Notes under the pieces: model-generated
The model's database searches: none
What the model was told of the DNA's origin: nothing
Seen by the model: the letters and a program-made list of their open reading frames with translations, nothing else
Program-made: the position numbers and the translations under genes
Source of the DNA: Candidatus Binatia bacterium
Lineage (GTDB): Bacteria > Desulfobacterota > Binatia > Bin18
Direction of reading: 5' to 3'
DNA length: 64,000 nt
NCBI GenBank assembly: GCA_963664395.2
Contig: OY761159.2
Span: 4,616,280 to 4,680,279 of the forward strand
Shown here: positions 10,204-18,936 of the stretch, in pieces
Layout of the letters: the number at the start of each line of letters is the position of its first letter
How positions within the stretch are numbered: the stretch's first letter is position 1

Positions 10204-10380
10204 AGGAAAGGGGAGAGAGAATGTAAATATTGGCTCGATCGGGAGCGCTTTGATGTGGAAGAAGTCTATGCTTATAATCTTTCTCCCCGAGACCGCCGAG
10301 ATATCAAGAAGATCATCTTTGACCATTTCGAATACATTGAACAGCGATGGGAAAAGTTTCAACGGAGTCGCCAACCATGA
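10204..10380 (+). pseudogene. 5'-truncated DUF4160-like gene remnant
   Basis: Manual translation: ...KYWLDRERFDVEEVYAYNLSPRDRRDIKKIIFDHFEYIEQRWEKFQRSRQP*. This resembles the C-terminal half of DUF4160 proteins. There is no start codon after the in-frame TAA at 10201. Its TGA overlaps the ATG of the next gene (ATGA). Confidence 0.5.
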
Positions 10381-10634
10381 AGCAATATCATGCTGTGGGA
10401 GATGTGCATTTCGAGGACAATATTTTGCATGTCACCATCGATGGGCAGGCCAGGATGTTCAACATACCCGAGATATCTCAAGTCCTCCTCAATGCTCCAG
10501 AGAAGGACCGCCAGATTTTTGAGATTTCCCCATCGGGGTATGGGATTCATTGGCCGTTACTCGATGAAGACTTATCGATAGATGGGCTGCTTGGCGTTAT
10601 GCATACGCCCTCAAAGAAAAGGCGGAGCGCCTAA
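10377..10634 (+). CDS. DUF2442 domain protein
   Basis: MKQYHAVGDVHFEDNILHVTIDGQ...ISPSGYGIHWPLLDEDLSIDGLLG matches the DUF2442 pattern. The start was chosen at the ATGA overlap with the upstream remnant. Confidence 0.75.
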   Translation: MKQYHAVGDVHFEDNILHVTIDGQARMFNIPEISQVLLNAPEKDRQIFEISPSGYGIHWPLLDEDLSIDGLLGVMHTPSKKRRSA

Positions 10635-10698
10635 TCAAACCTGGCCGTACAAAAACCAGCAGTCTCACCCAGATAGAATTGCAACCAAGGAGGTAGGA

Positions 10699-11754
10699 AT
10701 GGACTACGGAGTGATTTTTCTTTCCCATGTTGAGGCCTATAAAGACGTCATGATTGCCGAGGACAAGGGCTATACCCATGCCTGGTTCGGAGACTCCCAG
10801 ATGGTCTGGAGCGATGTCTACCAGTGCATGGCGCTGAGTGCGACCCATACAAAGACGATCAAACTCGGCACCAACGTGACCAACCCCAGTTCGCGCATTG
10901 CCCCGGTGACGGCCTGTAGCTTCGGCACCCTGAATGTGCTCGCTCCGGGCCGGGTCATCATGGGTATCGGGACGGGCAATACCGCCCGGCGGACGCTCGG
11001 CATGCCGGCGGCCCGGTTGGCAGACCTGCGGGCCAATGTGGAGGTGTGTCGCGGCTTGCTGAAAGGAGAGACCGTTCCGTATCAAGAAGGCGAGCGCAAG
11101 CGCCAGATCAGGTTCCTCAACCCCAACAGCCAGTTCGTCAATCTGAAAAATCCCATCCCGATTCACGTGGCCGGCAGCGGCCCCAAGACGCTGGAGTTGG
11201 CCGGGGAAATCGGAGACGGCGTGATCCTCTTCGGTACGGTTGGTGACAGCCTGCTCAAATATACACTGGACCATATTCGACGCGGAGCCGAACGCGCCGG
11301 CAAGCGCCTGGAAGACCTCTATGTCACGGTGGTGACGGCCTTCCATCTGAGAAAACCCGGAGAGACCCTGGAAGACCTTCAACAGGCGGTCGGCCCGCTG
11401 GTTTCTTCGGAGTGCAATATTTTCGCCCTGTCGGTGAAGGACCCCTTTCAGTTGCCGGGAGACATCCGGGATGACCTCATGGCCTTTAAGGACGCCTATC
11501 GTACCCCAAACGCCCCGATCGAGACCCGTCATCTGGACCTCTACACGGACTATTGCGCCGCGTTTAAGCCGGAACACGCACCGTTGGTCACTGAAAAGAT
11601 GATTAAGGAGACCACGCTGACCGGCACGCCCGAGGAGCTTCGGGAACGGGTGCGGAAGATGAAGGAGTTGGGCGTCAGCCAGGTCTGCATAACCGGCGGA
11701 GAGGCAGAGATGGACGACTTCGCCACCCACGTCATACAGCAAGTTGAGGGGTAG
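10699..11754 (+). CDS. LLM-class (luciferase-like) flavin/F420-dependent oxidoreductase
   Basis: The ATG at 10699 follows AAGGAGG. FGDSQMVWSDVY...RIAPVTA...GIGTGNTARR. Paralogue of 49625..50704. Confidence 0.85.
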   Translation: MDYGVIFLSHVEAYKDVMIAEDKGYTHAWFGDSQMVWSDVYQCMALSATHTKTIKLGTNVTNPSSRIAPVTACSFGTLNVLAPGRVIMGIGTGNTARRTLGMPAARLADLRANVEVCRGLLKGETVPYQEGERKRQIRFLNPNSQFVNLKNPIPIHVAGSGPKTLELAGEIGDGVILFGTVGDSLLKYTLDHIRRGAERAGKRLEDLYVTVVTAFHLRKPGETLEDLQQAVGPLVSSECNIFALSVKDPFQLPGDIRDDLMAFKDAYRTPNAPIETRHLDLYTDYCAAFKPEHAPLVTEKMIKETTLTGTPEELRERVRKMKELGVSQVCITGGEAEMDDFATHVIQQVEG

Positions 11755-11779
11755 CTTGGAGGGGCGTGATCTGACTCAA

Positions 11780-12109
11780 TCACATAGCGTCATTGGCGAG
11801 GCGCGCGCTCACCAACCGGTTCAGGCTCACCCCCTCCTCTGCTGCCTGTATGGCGAGGGCACGGTGTGTTTCTGGGGGCACGCGTACCATAAACTTTCCG
11901 CTATAGGTCCGGTCAGCCAGTGGCGGCGGCGGAGTTTCTCCGGTGGTTTGCATATCGGCGATACAGGTACGCACCAGCCGCTGGATACCGGCCAAAGCCT
12001 TAGCCGGAGTAGATGCCAGCCAGCTTAACGAAGGGAATTCTGTACACAGGCCAACATGGGCGTTATCTTCGGTGGACCAAGTAATGCGGTAGGTGTAGTG
12101 AGTCGTCAT
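11780..12109 (-). CDS. hicB: HicB-family antitoxin (HicB fold plus C-terminal RHH)
   Basis: 109 aa: YTYRITWSTEDNAHVGLCTEFPSLSWLASTPAKALAGI... followed by RVPPETHRALAIQAAEEGVSLNRLV. Confidence 0.85.
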   Translation of the reverse strand: MTTHYTYRITWSTEDNAHVGLCTEFPSLSWLASTPAKALAGIQRLVRTCIADMQTTGETPPPPLADRTYSGKFMVRVPPETHRALAIQAAEEGVSLNRLVSARLANDAM

Positions 12110-12462
12110 TTCATGCCCTCCAATTTCTCAATCGCTTTGATGACCTGGCGAGCTTGATAGGGTTTTGCCATCCCTTTGACGTTCTGGATATTCACTCTGG
12201 GGTCATCCGGCCAGGGAGTGCGGTAGATGCGGTGGCTCGTGCCCTTCTGACGCGGTTCTCCGAGGAGCATCTCGGTATCAGCCACATGCGCTAAGATATC
12301 AATAGTGATACTATTCAACAAGGGCCGGGGAGAAGAAAGAGATAGTCCCTCGTCGCTGTTCAGTTCTCTGCCGCTATACTTCCCGTCGCTGAATGGAGGT
12401 GCCGGCAGGTTGCCCGCACCCCCAGCTTGACCCTGGGGAGATTCGTTTCTATACTCCTCCAT
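12106..12462 (-). CDS. hicA: HicA-family mRNA interferase toxin with a low-complexity N-terminal extension
   Basis: C-terminal ...RQKGTSHRIYRTPWPDDPRVNIQNVKGMAKPYQARQVIKAIEKL (the QKGSH-type HicA motif). ATG at 12462 with AAGGAG upstream. ATGA overlap with hicB. The true start could lie further downstream. Confidence 0.7.
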   Translation of the reverse strand: MEEYRNESPQGQAGGAGNLPAPPFSDGKYSGRELNSDEGLSLSSPRPLLNSITIDILAHVADTEMLLGEPRQKGTSHRIYRTPWPDDPRVNIQNVKGMAKPYQARQVIKAIEKLEGMK

Positions 12463-12504
12463 ACTCAACTCCTTGAATAAACAGAGTAATCTCTTGATAT
12501 CGCC

Positions 12505-13371
12505 ATGCTGAAAATTTTCCTCCTGCGCTCGTACTGCCTGACCCGTCTGTCTCTTGTGTTCTTTCTTTTTTTCTCCCCGTCCGTTTTGTTTGCCGAACCC
12601 CAGTCCGCGCCGGTCATGCAGGCTCAGGCCTGGGAGCCGGACATCGACATCCGAGGCTGGTGGATGAGTGAAAAGCTGGACGGCGTGCGCGGCTATTGGA
12701 CGGGCGAGCAACTCGTTTCTCGGTCGGGCAACGTGTTTGCCGCGCCGGCCTGGTTTACCGAGAATTTTCCGGCTGTACCGTTAGACGGGGAGCTATGGGT
12801 CGGACGGCAGCGGTTCGCCGAGACCGTCAGCATTGTGCGCCGCCACACACCGCACGACGGCTGGAAGTCGATCCGGTATATGATCTTTGATGCGCCACAG
12901 GCCGAGGGCGGCTTTGAGCAACGTCTGGCCTTTGCCCGCGAATGGTTTCAGCAGCATCCCAACCCCTACGTGTCCGTCATCGAACACGAAGTGTGCGAAG
13001 ATGAGCAGCATCTCCGTACAAAACTAGCCGAGATTGAAGCGCTGGGCGGCGAAGGCCTGATCTTACGCCAGCCCGAATCGGCCTATACCGTCGGGCGCTC
13101 GGCCACCATCTTGAAAGTCAAAACCTTTCAGGAAGCCCAGGCGGTTGTCCTTGAACACCTGTCCGGCTCAGGGCGAAATGCCGGGCGGCTGGGATCATTG
13201 CGGGTTGAATTGTCAAACGGCGTCCGGTTTGCCATTGGTTCAGGTTTTTCCGATGCGGAGCGCGACAGCCCGCCGCCGGTCGGCAGCACCATTCGTTTCA
13301 AGCACCAGGGGTATACCAAAGCCGGAGTTCCCCGGTTCGCCTCGTTTCTGCGCGTCGAGGGGAAGTTCTGA
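12505..13371 (+). CDS. ATP-dependent DNA ligase, minimal Lig E type, with an N-terminal signal peptide
   Basis: 288 aa. Hydrophobic leader ...VLFAEP, adenylation motif I SEKLDGVRG, DGELW, FDAP, EGLILR and an OB domain. No extra DNA-binding domains. Confidence 0.85.
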   Translation: MLKIFLLRSYCLTRLSLVFFLFFSPSVLFAEPQSAPVMQAQAWEPDIDIRGWWMSEKLDGVRGYWTGEQLVSRSGNVFAAPAWFTENFPAVPLDGELWVGRQRFAETVSIVRRHTPHDGWKSIRYMIFDAPQAEGGFEQRLAFAREWFQQHPNPYVSVIEHEVCEDEQHLRTKLAEIEALGGEGLILRQPESAYTVGRSATILKVKTFQEAQAVVLEHLSGSGRNAGRLGSLRVELSNGVRFAIGSGFSDAERDSPPPVGSTIRFKHQGYTKAGVPRFASFLRVEGKF

Positions 13372-13382
13372 CAGAGGGCGCG

Positions 13383-14333
13383 CTAGGCCGAAGCGGGCGG
13401 TTCACGGACGACCTTCTCGAAATAAGTCATATTGGGATTGGTCATGGCCTCGCCCAACTTTGAATCAAGCCGGTGATGCAAAGCTTCCGTAGCCCATTTA
13501 CCGATGGCAACGGCTTGATTAAGGTCCACGCCGGTCTCAATCCCAAGGCCGTTCAGCATATAGACCAGCTCTTCCGAGGACAGATTCCCGGTTGCGCCCG
13601 GCGCATTCGGGCAGCCGCCCAGCCCGCCGCAGGCACTCTCAAGAATGGACACTCCCATTTCCATGGCAGCGTAGCAGTTGGCCAGCGCCATTCCGCACGT
13701 GTTGTGAAAATGCGCGGTTAATACGGAGGCAGGGACACCCTCGTCTTCACAGGCTTGGATGATTGCTTTAATCGACCGCGGAGTACCGACCCCAATGCTG
13801 TCTCCAAGGGCGATTTCGTAACAGCCCATAGCCTGGAATCTTTTGACCAGCCGGCCGACCTCTTGAGGATCGACATCACCTTCATACGGACAGCCGGCAA
13901 CGCAGGAGACCGCGCCGCGCACCTTGACGTTGTGTTCTTTTGCCGCGGCAACAACCGGCTCAAAACGTCCGAAGCTTTCTTCAATCGTACAATTGATATT
14001 GGCATTACTGAACTGCTCAGTGGCCGCGCCAAAGATCGTGATGACATTGACACCCGCCCTGAGCGCATCGTGAAAGCCCCGCATATTCGGCACAAGCGCG
14101 CTGTATTCCACGCCAGGTTTTGGTTCGATCTGCCGGGCAACCTGATCCGAGCCCTGCATGGCCGGAATAACCTTGGGGCTCACGAATTCACCCACTTCAA
14201 TGGCGGGAAACCCCGCCGCGGAGAGCCGGTTGACCAGCTCAATCCGAAAGTCTACCGGGATCAAATGCTTAAAACCTTCTAAACCATCTCTGGCGGTCAG
14301 ATCGACGATTTTCACTTTGCTTGGGAGTGTCAT
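13383..14333 (-). CDS. Hydroxymethylglutaryl-CoA lyase
   Basis: MTLPSKVKIVDLTARDGLEG...EVGEFVSPK...HFHNTCGMALAN. This is the HMGL-like TIM barrel family. Confidence 0.9.
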   Translation of the reverse strand: MTLPSKVKIVDLTARDGLEGFKHLIPVDFRIELVNRLSAAGFPAIEVGEFVSPKVIPAMQGSDQVARQIEPKPGVEYSALVPNMRGFHDALRAGVNVITIFGAATEQFSNANINCTIEESFGRFEPVVAAAKEHNVKVRGAVSCVAGCPYEGDVDPQEVGRLVKRFQAMGCYEIALGDSIGVGTPRSIKAIIQACEDEGVPASVLTAHFHNTCGMALANCYAAMEMGVSILESACGGLGGCPNAPGATGNLSSEELVYMLNGLGIETGVDLNQAVAIGKWATEALHHRLDSKLGEAMTNPNMTYFEKVVREPPASA

Positions 14334-14480
14334 GGGTTTGCCTCCATCTTTTTTCTCACTTGTCTTTTTCACTTGCCCCTGACCTAACACTATGCGGCGC
14401 AAAACGGCAAGTAAGGTACAGGTGACAGGCTCCTGGACAGGGTAACGTGTTCCGCCCTCGCCCTGCTCGGGGCTTTTACC

Positions 14481-14678
14481 GTGCTGCTGGCCGCCACCAT
14501 CAGCTTCGCCCTCTGGGACCGCCGCAGTATGCTTCGGCCCATTGAGGGTCGGGTGAAAAGTCTGGAAGAAGAGTTAGCCACCAATCGGCCCCATGTGCGG
14601 GCCCTGCTGGAATCCTTACGCAATCTCAGTCAGCGCGACCCCGAAGTCGCGGCCGTGCTGAAAAACTTTAATCTCTGA
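14481..14678 (+). CDS. Small hypothetical protein (possible membrane anchor plus coiled coil)
   Basis: 65-aa ORF in an otherwise empty 290-bp gap, with a GTG start. No family recognised. Confidence 0.25.
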   Translation: MLLAATISFALWDRRSMLRPIEGRVKSLEEELATNRPHVRALLESLRNLSQRDPEVAAVLKNFNL

Positions 14679-14696
14679 GTGACGAATCACTGTTCG

Positions 14697-15611
14697 TTAC
14701 TCAACATGTTTCCAGGCGTGGTAGGAACTGCGTACCAGCGGGCCGGATTCGACATGGCGAAAGCCCAGATGCAGGGCCTCTTCGCGTAAGGCTTTGAACT
14801 CGTCCGGATGGACGTAGCGTTCGACCGGGAGCTGTTCCTTCGACGGTTGGAGATATTGCCCGAGCGTCAGGATATCGCACTCAATCGCTCGCAGGTCACC
14901 AAAGACGGTCAGGAGTTCTTCATAGGTCTCGCCAAGACCGAGCATGATGCCGGTCTTGGTTTTCAGATTCGAGCGGACGGCTTTGGCTTTCTCCAGAACA
15001 CGTAAGGAGCGCTCGTACTTCGCCCCCGGGCGCACCCGTTTGTACAGACGCGGCACACTCTCGGTGTTGTGATTGAAAATAGTGATCGGCGATTCGGCAA
15101 CAGTGACAACCGCACTTTCATTGCCCTGAAAATCGGGGGTCAGGACTTCAATCGCACAGTCGGGATTCAGGTCTTTGATCGCGTTCACGGTCTCGGCAAA
15201 ATGTTTTGCTCCACCGTCCGGCAGGTCGTCTCTGTTTACAGACGTGACGACAATATGCGAGAGGTTCATCTTGCGGGCCGCCTCAGCCACGCGGCGGGGC
15301 TCTCCGGGGTCGAGAGCCACCATGCGACCGTGACTGACCGCACAGAACCGGCAGTTACGGGTACACACGTCACCCATGAGCATGAACGTGGCGGTGCCAT
15401 GTCCCCAGCATTCAGCAATATTGGGACACTGGGCTTCCTGGCACACCGTGTTGAGCTTGAACGTCGAAACAATGGCCCTTGTCTGCGTATAGCCTGGGCC
15501 ACTCGGCATGCGGACTTTAATCCAGTCCGGATGCCGACGCTTTACCGGGCGGCTGCCGTGTGTTCCATTGGATGAGGCTTGAGAGCTGGCGTCTGCAGGC
15601 TGGTGTTCCAT
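14697..15611 (-). CDS. lipA: Lipoyl synthase
   Basis: CEEAQCPNIAECW-type and CTRNCRFC radical-SAM cysteine clusters. Start set at MEHQPAD, which overlaps the 3' end of lipB by 70 nt. Confidence 0.95.
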   Translation of the reverse strand: MEHQPADASSQASSNGTHGSRPVKRRHPDWIKVRMPSGPGYTQTRAIVSTFKLNTVCQEAQCPNIAECWGHGTATFMLMGDVCTRNCRFCAVSHGRMVALDPGEPRRVAEAARKMNLSHIVVTSVNRDDLPDGGAKHFAETVNAIKDLNPDCAIEVLTPDFQGNESAVVTVAESPITIFNHNTESVPRLYKRVRPGAKYERSLRVLEKAKAVRSNLKTKTGIMLGLGETYEELLTVFGDLRAIECDILTLGQYLQPSKEQLPVERYVHPDEFKALREEALHLGFRHVESGPLVRSSYHAWKHVE

Positions 15612-16234
15612 ACAATCTCCTGATGACCAAATGTTCGAGCAAGGCTTCGTACAACAGTCGCTTTCACTGTATTGAGCGAGATTTCTTCCTGCAACAATTG
15701 CTGCATGGATGTCATGCGCACGCCCGGCAGTCCGCACGGGATAATAGCCGAGAAATACGACAGGTCAGGATTGACGTTCAAGGCAAAGCCATGAAACGTC
15801 ACCCAGCGGCGGACGCCAATTCCGATCGAAGCGATTTTTTCGGTTCCCACCCATACGCCAGTGAGGCCGTCTCTCCGCGTGGCCACAATGTCCCATTCGG
15901 CCAGCGTTGTTATTAAGACGTCTTCAAGCCGGCGCAGATAGCGGTGGACATCTTTGCCGTGTTGTTTCAGGTCCAGAATAGGATAGCCAACCAATTGGCC
16001 AGGTCCATGGAAGGTGACCTCCCCGCCGCGACCGACTCGATGGACCGGCACCTGACCAGGGTCGAGCAGATATTTTTCGTCTCCCCCACGGCCTAACGTA
16101 AACACCGGAGGATGTTCGAGAAGGAGCAGGCTGTCCGGTATCTCATCAGCGTAGCGTCGCGCGACCAGGGTCTGCTGCACTGTCAACGCGCGAGCATAGT
16201 CCATCAAACCAAGGTCAGCATGTAAAAGTTTCAT
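15542..16234 (-). CDS. lipB: Octanoyltransferase
   Basis: 230 aa: LLLLEHPPVFTLGRGG...RGGEVTFHGPGQLVGYPI...KIASIGI. Confidence 0.93.
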   Translation of the reverse strand: MKLLHADLGLMDYARALTVQQTLVARRYADEIPDSLLLLEHPPVFTLGRGGDEKYLLDPGQVPVHRVGRGGEVTFHGPGQLVGYPILDLKQHGKDVHRYLRRLEDVLITTLAEWDIVATRRDGLTGVWVGTEKIASIGIGVRRWVTFHGFALNVNPDLSYFSAIIPCGLPGVRMTSMQQLLQEEISLNTVKATVVRSLARTFGHQEIVWNTSLQTPALKPHPMEHTAAAR

Positions 16235-16254
16235 GACACCAGTTCTCAGGCCGG

Positions 16255-17646
16255 CTAGAAATTAATGCCCCGCCCTTCGGCATCTAATGCGGCTTCCATA
16301 ATCGCTTCAGACAGTGTCGGATGGGCATGGACGGTTTCGCTCAACTCGGCGGTGGTTGCTTCCAGCGTTCGAGCCAGACAGACCTCGGCAATGAGGTCTG
16401 TCGCACCGCGCCCGACGATGTGACAGCCCAGGATCTCACCATATTCTTTCTCAACCACCAGCTTGACCATCCCTTCGTCATGTCCGGAAGCGAGCGCCTT
16501 GCCCAGCGCGCGGAACGGGAAGCGCCCGACTTTGACTTCATAGCCCTGCGCCTGGGCCTGCTCTTCGCTCAGCCCAAAGACCGCCACTTGCGGCTGACAA
16601 TAAATACAGGCCGGGATGCGGGACGCATCCCGCCCTTTCTCCCGTTCGCCGGTCATGTATTCAACCGAGGCAATACCTTCTTCTGAGGCGGCATGAGCCA
16701 AGAGCGGTGGCCCATTTACATCCCCGATCGCATAGATTGCGGTATTGGCGGTTTGCATTTGCGCGTTGACCTGCACATAACCGCGCTCAATCTCTACGCC
16801 GGCCTCTTCAAGACCAAGGTCAGCGCTAATAGGAGCCCGACCGACAGCCACCAGGACTTTATTGGCCGTGCGTTCCTTGAAGGTACCGGCGCTATCCAGG
16901 TTGACCTCGACCCGGCCCGGATATTTTTCCAGACTGTGAAACATCGTCTGTGTCAGGATCTCGATTCCCTTTCTCTTAAATGAGCGTTCCAGCTCCTGCA
17001 CGATTTCACTATCGACCCCAGGCAGGAGTTGCTTTTCCATTTCAACAATCGTCACCCGGCAGCCAAACGTGCTGTAGATATAGGCGAACTCCACACCAAT
17101 CGCACCGCCGCCGATTATGACAATGGATTCGGGGATGGCTTGCTCCGTTAATGCCTCATAACTGGTTAAGACCTGCTTGCCATCGACTTCAAGTCCGGGC
17201 AGCGTCCGCTCGCGCGAACCGGTGGCAATCACAATACGCTCGGCTTCAACCTGCTGCGCCTCCTGACCACTGGCTTCAATCACCACGCGATTTTTAGCCT
17301 CAAGCCTGCCCGCCCCCTTGAAGAGGGGCACCTTGTTCTTTTTGAGCAGGTATTCCACCCCTTTGGCCAATCGGCCGGCAACCTGGCGCGAACGCTTGAT
17401 GACCTGGGGATAATCAAAAGACAGCCCACTCACCTTAATGCCATAGCGCTCGCCCTGTTTGAGGTCTTCATACATCTCGGCTGAGGTCAGAATGGCTTTA
17501 GACGGAATACAGCCCCAGTTCAGGCACACCCCACCAGGCTGATCTTTCTCCACTACTGCGACGCTCAGGCCAAGCTGGGCGGCCCGAATGGCGGCCACAT
17601 AACCTCCCGGGCCTGCTCCAATCACCACCAAGTCGTATCGTTCCAT
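16255..17646 (-). CDS. lpd: Dihydrolipoyl dehydrogenase (E3)
   Basis: GAGPGGY FAD motif, redox-active GGVCLNWGCIPSK, and C-terminal HAHPTLSE. Confidence 0.95.
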   Translation of the reverse strand: MERYDLVVIGAGPGGYVAAIRAAQLGLSVAVVEKDQPGGVCLNWGCIPSKAILTSAEMYEDLKQGERYGIKVSGLSFDYPQVIKRSRQVAGRLAKGVEYLLKKNKVPLFKGAGRLEAKNRVVIEASGQEAQQVEAERIVIATGSRERTLPGLEVDGKQVLTSYEALTEQAIPESIVIIGGGAIGVEFAYIYSTFGCRVTIVEMEKQLLPGVDSEIVQELERSFKRKGIEILTQTMFHSLEKYPGRVEVNLDSAGTFKERTANKVLVAVGRAPISADLGLEEAGVEIERGYVQVNAQMQTANTAIYAIGDVNGPPLLAHAASEEGIASVEYMTGEREKGRDASRIPACIYCQPQVAVFGLSEEQAQAQGYEVKVGRFPFRALGKALASGHDEGMVKLVVEKEYGEILGCHIVGRGATDLIAEVCLARTLEATTAELSETVHAHPTLSEAIMEAALDAEGRGINF

Positions 17647-17655
17647 AGCTGTCCT

Positions 17656-18915
17656 TTACACCATTAAGCCGACCGGGTTTTCGAGTAAATTCTTCAGTTC
17701 TTCGAGAAATTGGGCAGCGGTCGCCCCATCCAATACCCGATGATCGCACGACAGCGTTGCCATCATCGTCCGAGAGATGACCATCTGCCCGTCTCTGACC
17801 GCCGGGCGCTCTTTAATAGCACTGGTCGCCAGAATCGCCGCCTGGGGAGGATTAATCACCGCCGTAAAGTGTTCCACAGGATACATGCCCAAGTTGGAAA
17901 TGGTAAAGGTACCTCCAGATAAATCTTTCGTCGTCGGCTTGCCTGCCCGCGCCCGTTCCACCAGCCCATTTGCCTGGGCGGCGATGTCAAGCAGCGACAT
18001 CGCCTGACAGCCGTGCAGCACTGGTACAATCAACCCATCATCAAGGGCAACCGCAATACCGATATTGATCTCAGCCTTGAGTTCTCGCCCGTTACCGCTA
18101 AAAGACGCATTCAGCCGTGGATGTCGCCCCAACGCAACCGCGACTGCCTTGACCAATAAATGGGTATAGGTCACCTCGGCGGCAATCCGGTCACTCAGTT
18201 TCAGCGAAGTCCGCAGCCGAACGGCCTCAGACATATCAATCTCAGTGGTGACATAAAAATGCGGCGCCTCACGCATGCTGGCAGCCATGCGTTTGGCAAT
18301 AGTCGCCCGCATCCGAGAGAACGGCTCCACCGTTCCGGTCGGCGTGACGACTGCCGGCTGAGGCTCCGATTGAGCCGCTACCGTCACAGCCAAAGCCTCG
18401 GCGCCTTCAAGGTCTTGCTTAATAATCCGGCCGCCCGGTCCACTTCCCCGGACACTGGCGAGTTCAATGCTACGCTCTGCCGCGATTTTCTTGACAATGG
18501 GCGAAGCTAAAATCCGTTCGCCCTTTTTTCGAGCGGGCGGCTTCTTTTTCGGGGTGGCTTCACGGATTTTCCGTACTTTCTTCGCTGCCGGCGGGTCCGC
18601 TTTTTGGTCAGACCTTTTCTCTGAAGGTGGAGTTGATGCAGTTGCTGTTCGTGGCGGTGGAGCAACCCCGACTTCAACCTCTTCTCCTAACAGGGCCAGC
18701 ACGGTTCCAACCGGGACAGACTCGCCCTCTTGAACGCGAATCTCAGTGAGAAAGCCTTCGTCCAAGGCTTCCATTTCCATGTCAGCCTTATCGGTTTCCA
18801 CCTCAGCGATAATATCGCCGACCTCAACCTGCTCCCCGACTTTTTTGAGCCACTTGAGGATTTTCCCTTCCTCCATGGTGTCGCTCATGCGGGGCATGAT
18901 AACTTCAGTCGCCAT
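17656..18915 (-). CDS. Dihydrolipoamide acyltransferase (E2) of a 2-oxoacid dehydrogenase complex
   Basis: Lipoyl domain with ETDKA, a Pro/Ala/Lys linker, a subunit-binding domain (ASPIVKKIAAE...GSGPGGRI) and the catalytic DHRVLDG. Confidence 0.93.
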   Translation of the reverse strand: MATEVIMPRMSDTMEEGKILKWLKKVGEQVEVGDIIAEVETDKADMEMEALDEGFLTEIRVQEGESVPVGTVLALLGEEVEVGVAPPPRTATASTPPSEKRSDQKADPPAAKKVRKIREATPKKKPPARKKGERILASPIVKKIAAERSIELASVRGSGPGGRIIKQDLEGAEALAVTVAAQSEPQPAVVTPTGTVEPFSRMRATIAKRMAASMREAPHFYVTTEIDMSEAVRLRTSLKLSDRIAAEVTYTHLLVKAVAVALGRHPRLNASFSGNGRELKAEINIGIAVALDDGLIVPVLHGCQAMSLLDIAAQANGLVERARAGKPTTKDLSGGTFTISNLGMYPVEHFTAVINPPQAAILATSAIKERPAVRDGQMVISRTMMATLSCDHRVLDGATAAQFLEELKNLLENPVGLMV

Positions 18916-18936
18916 ACTACCCTCCTGGTCTTTCCT

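Noticed and set aside
10597-11742. 381-aa minus-strand ORF
   Set aside because: It is exactly antisense to the LLM oxidoreductase, which has clear family motifs and an RBS. The antisense product is low-complexity.
12106-12711. Full 201-aa ORF as the hicA gene
   Set aside because: The first 83 codons overlap the ligase gene start and its promoter region on the other strand and have no HicA similarity. The ATG at 12462 has a good RBS.
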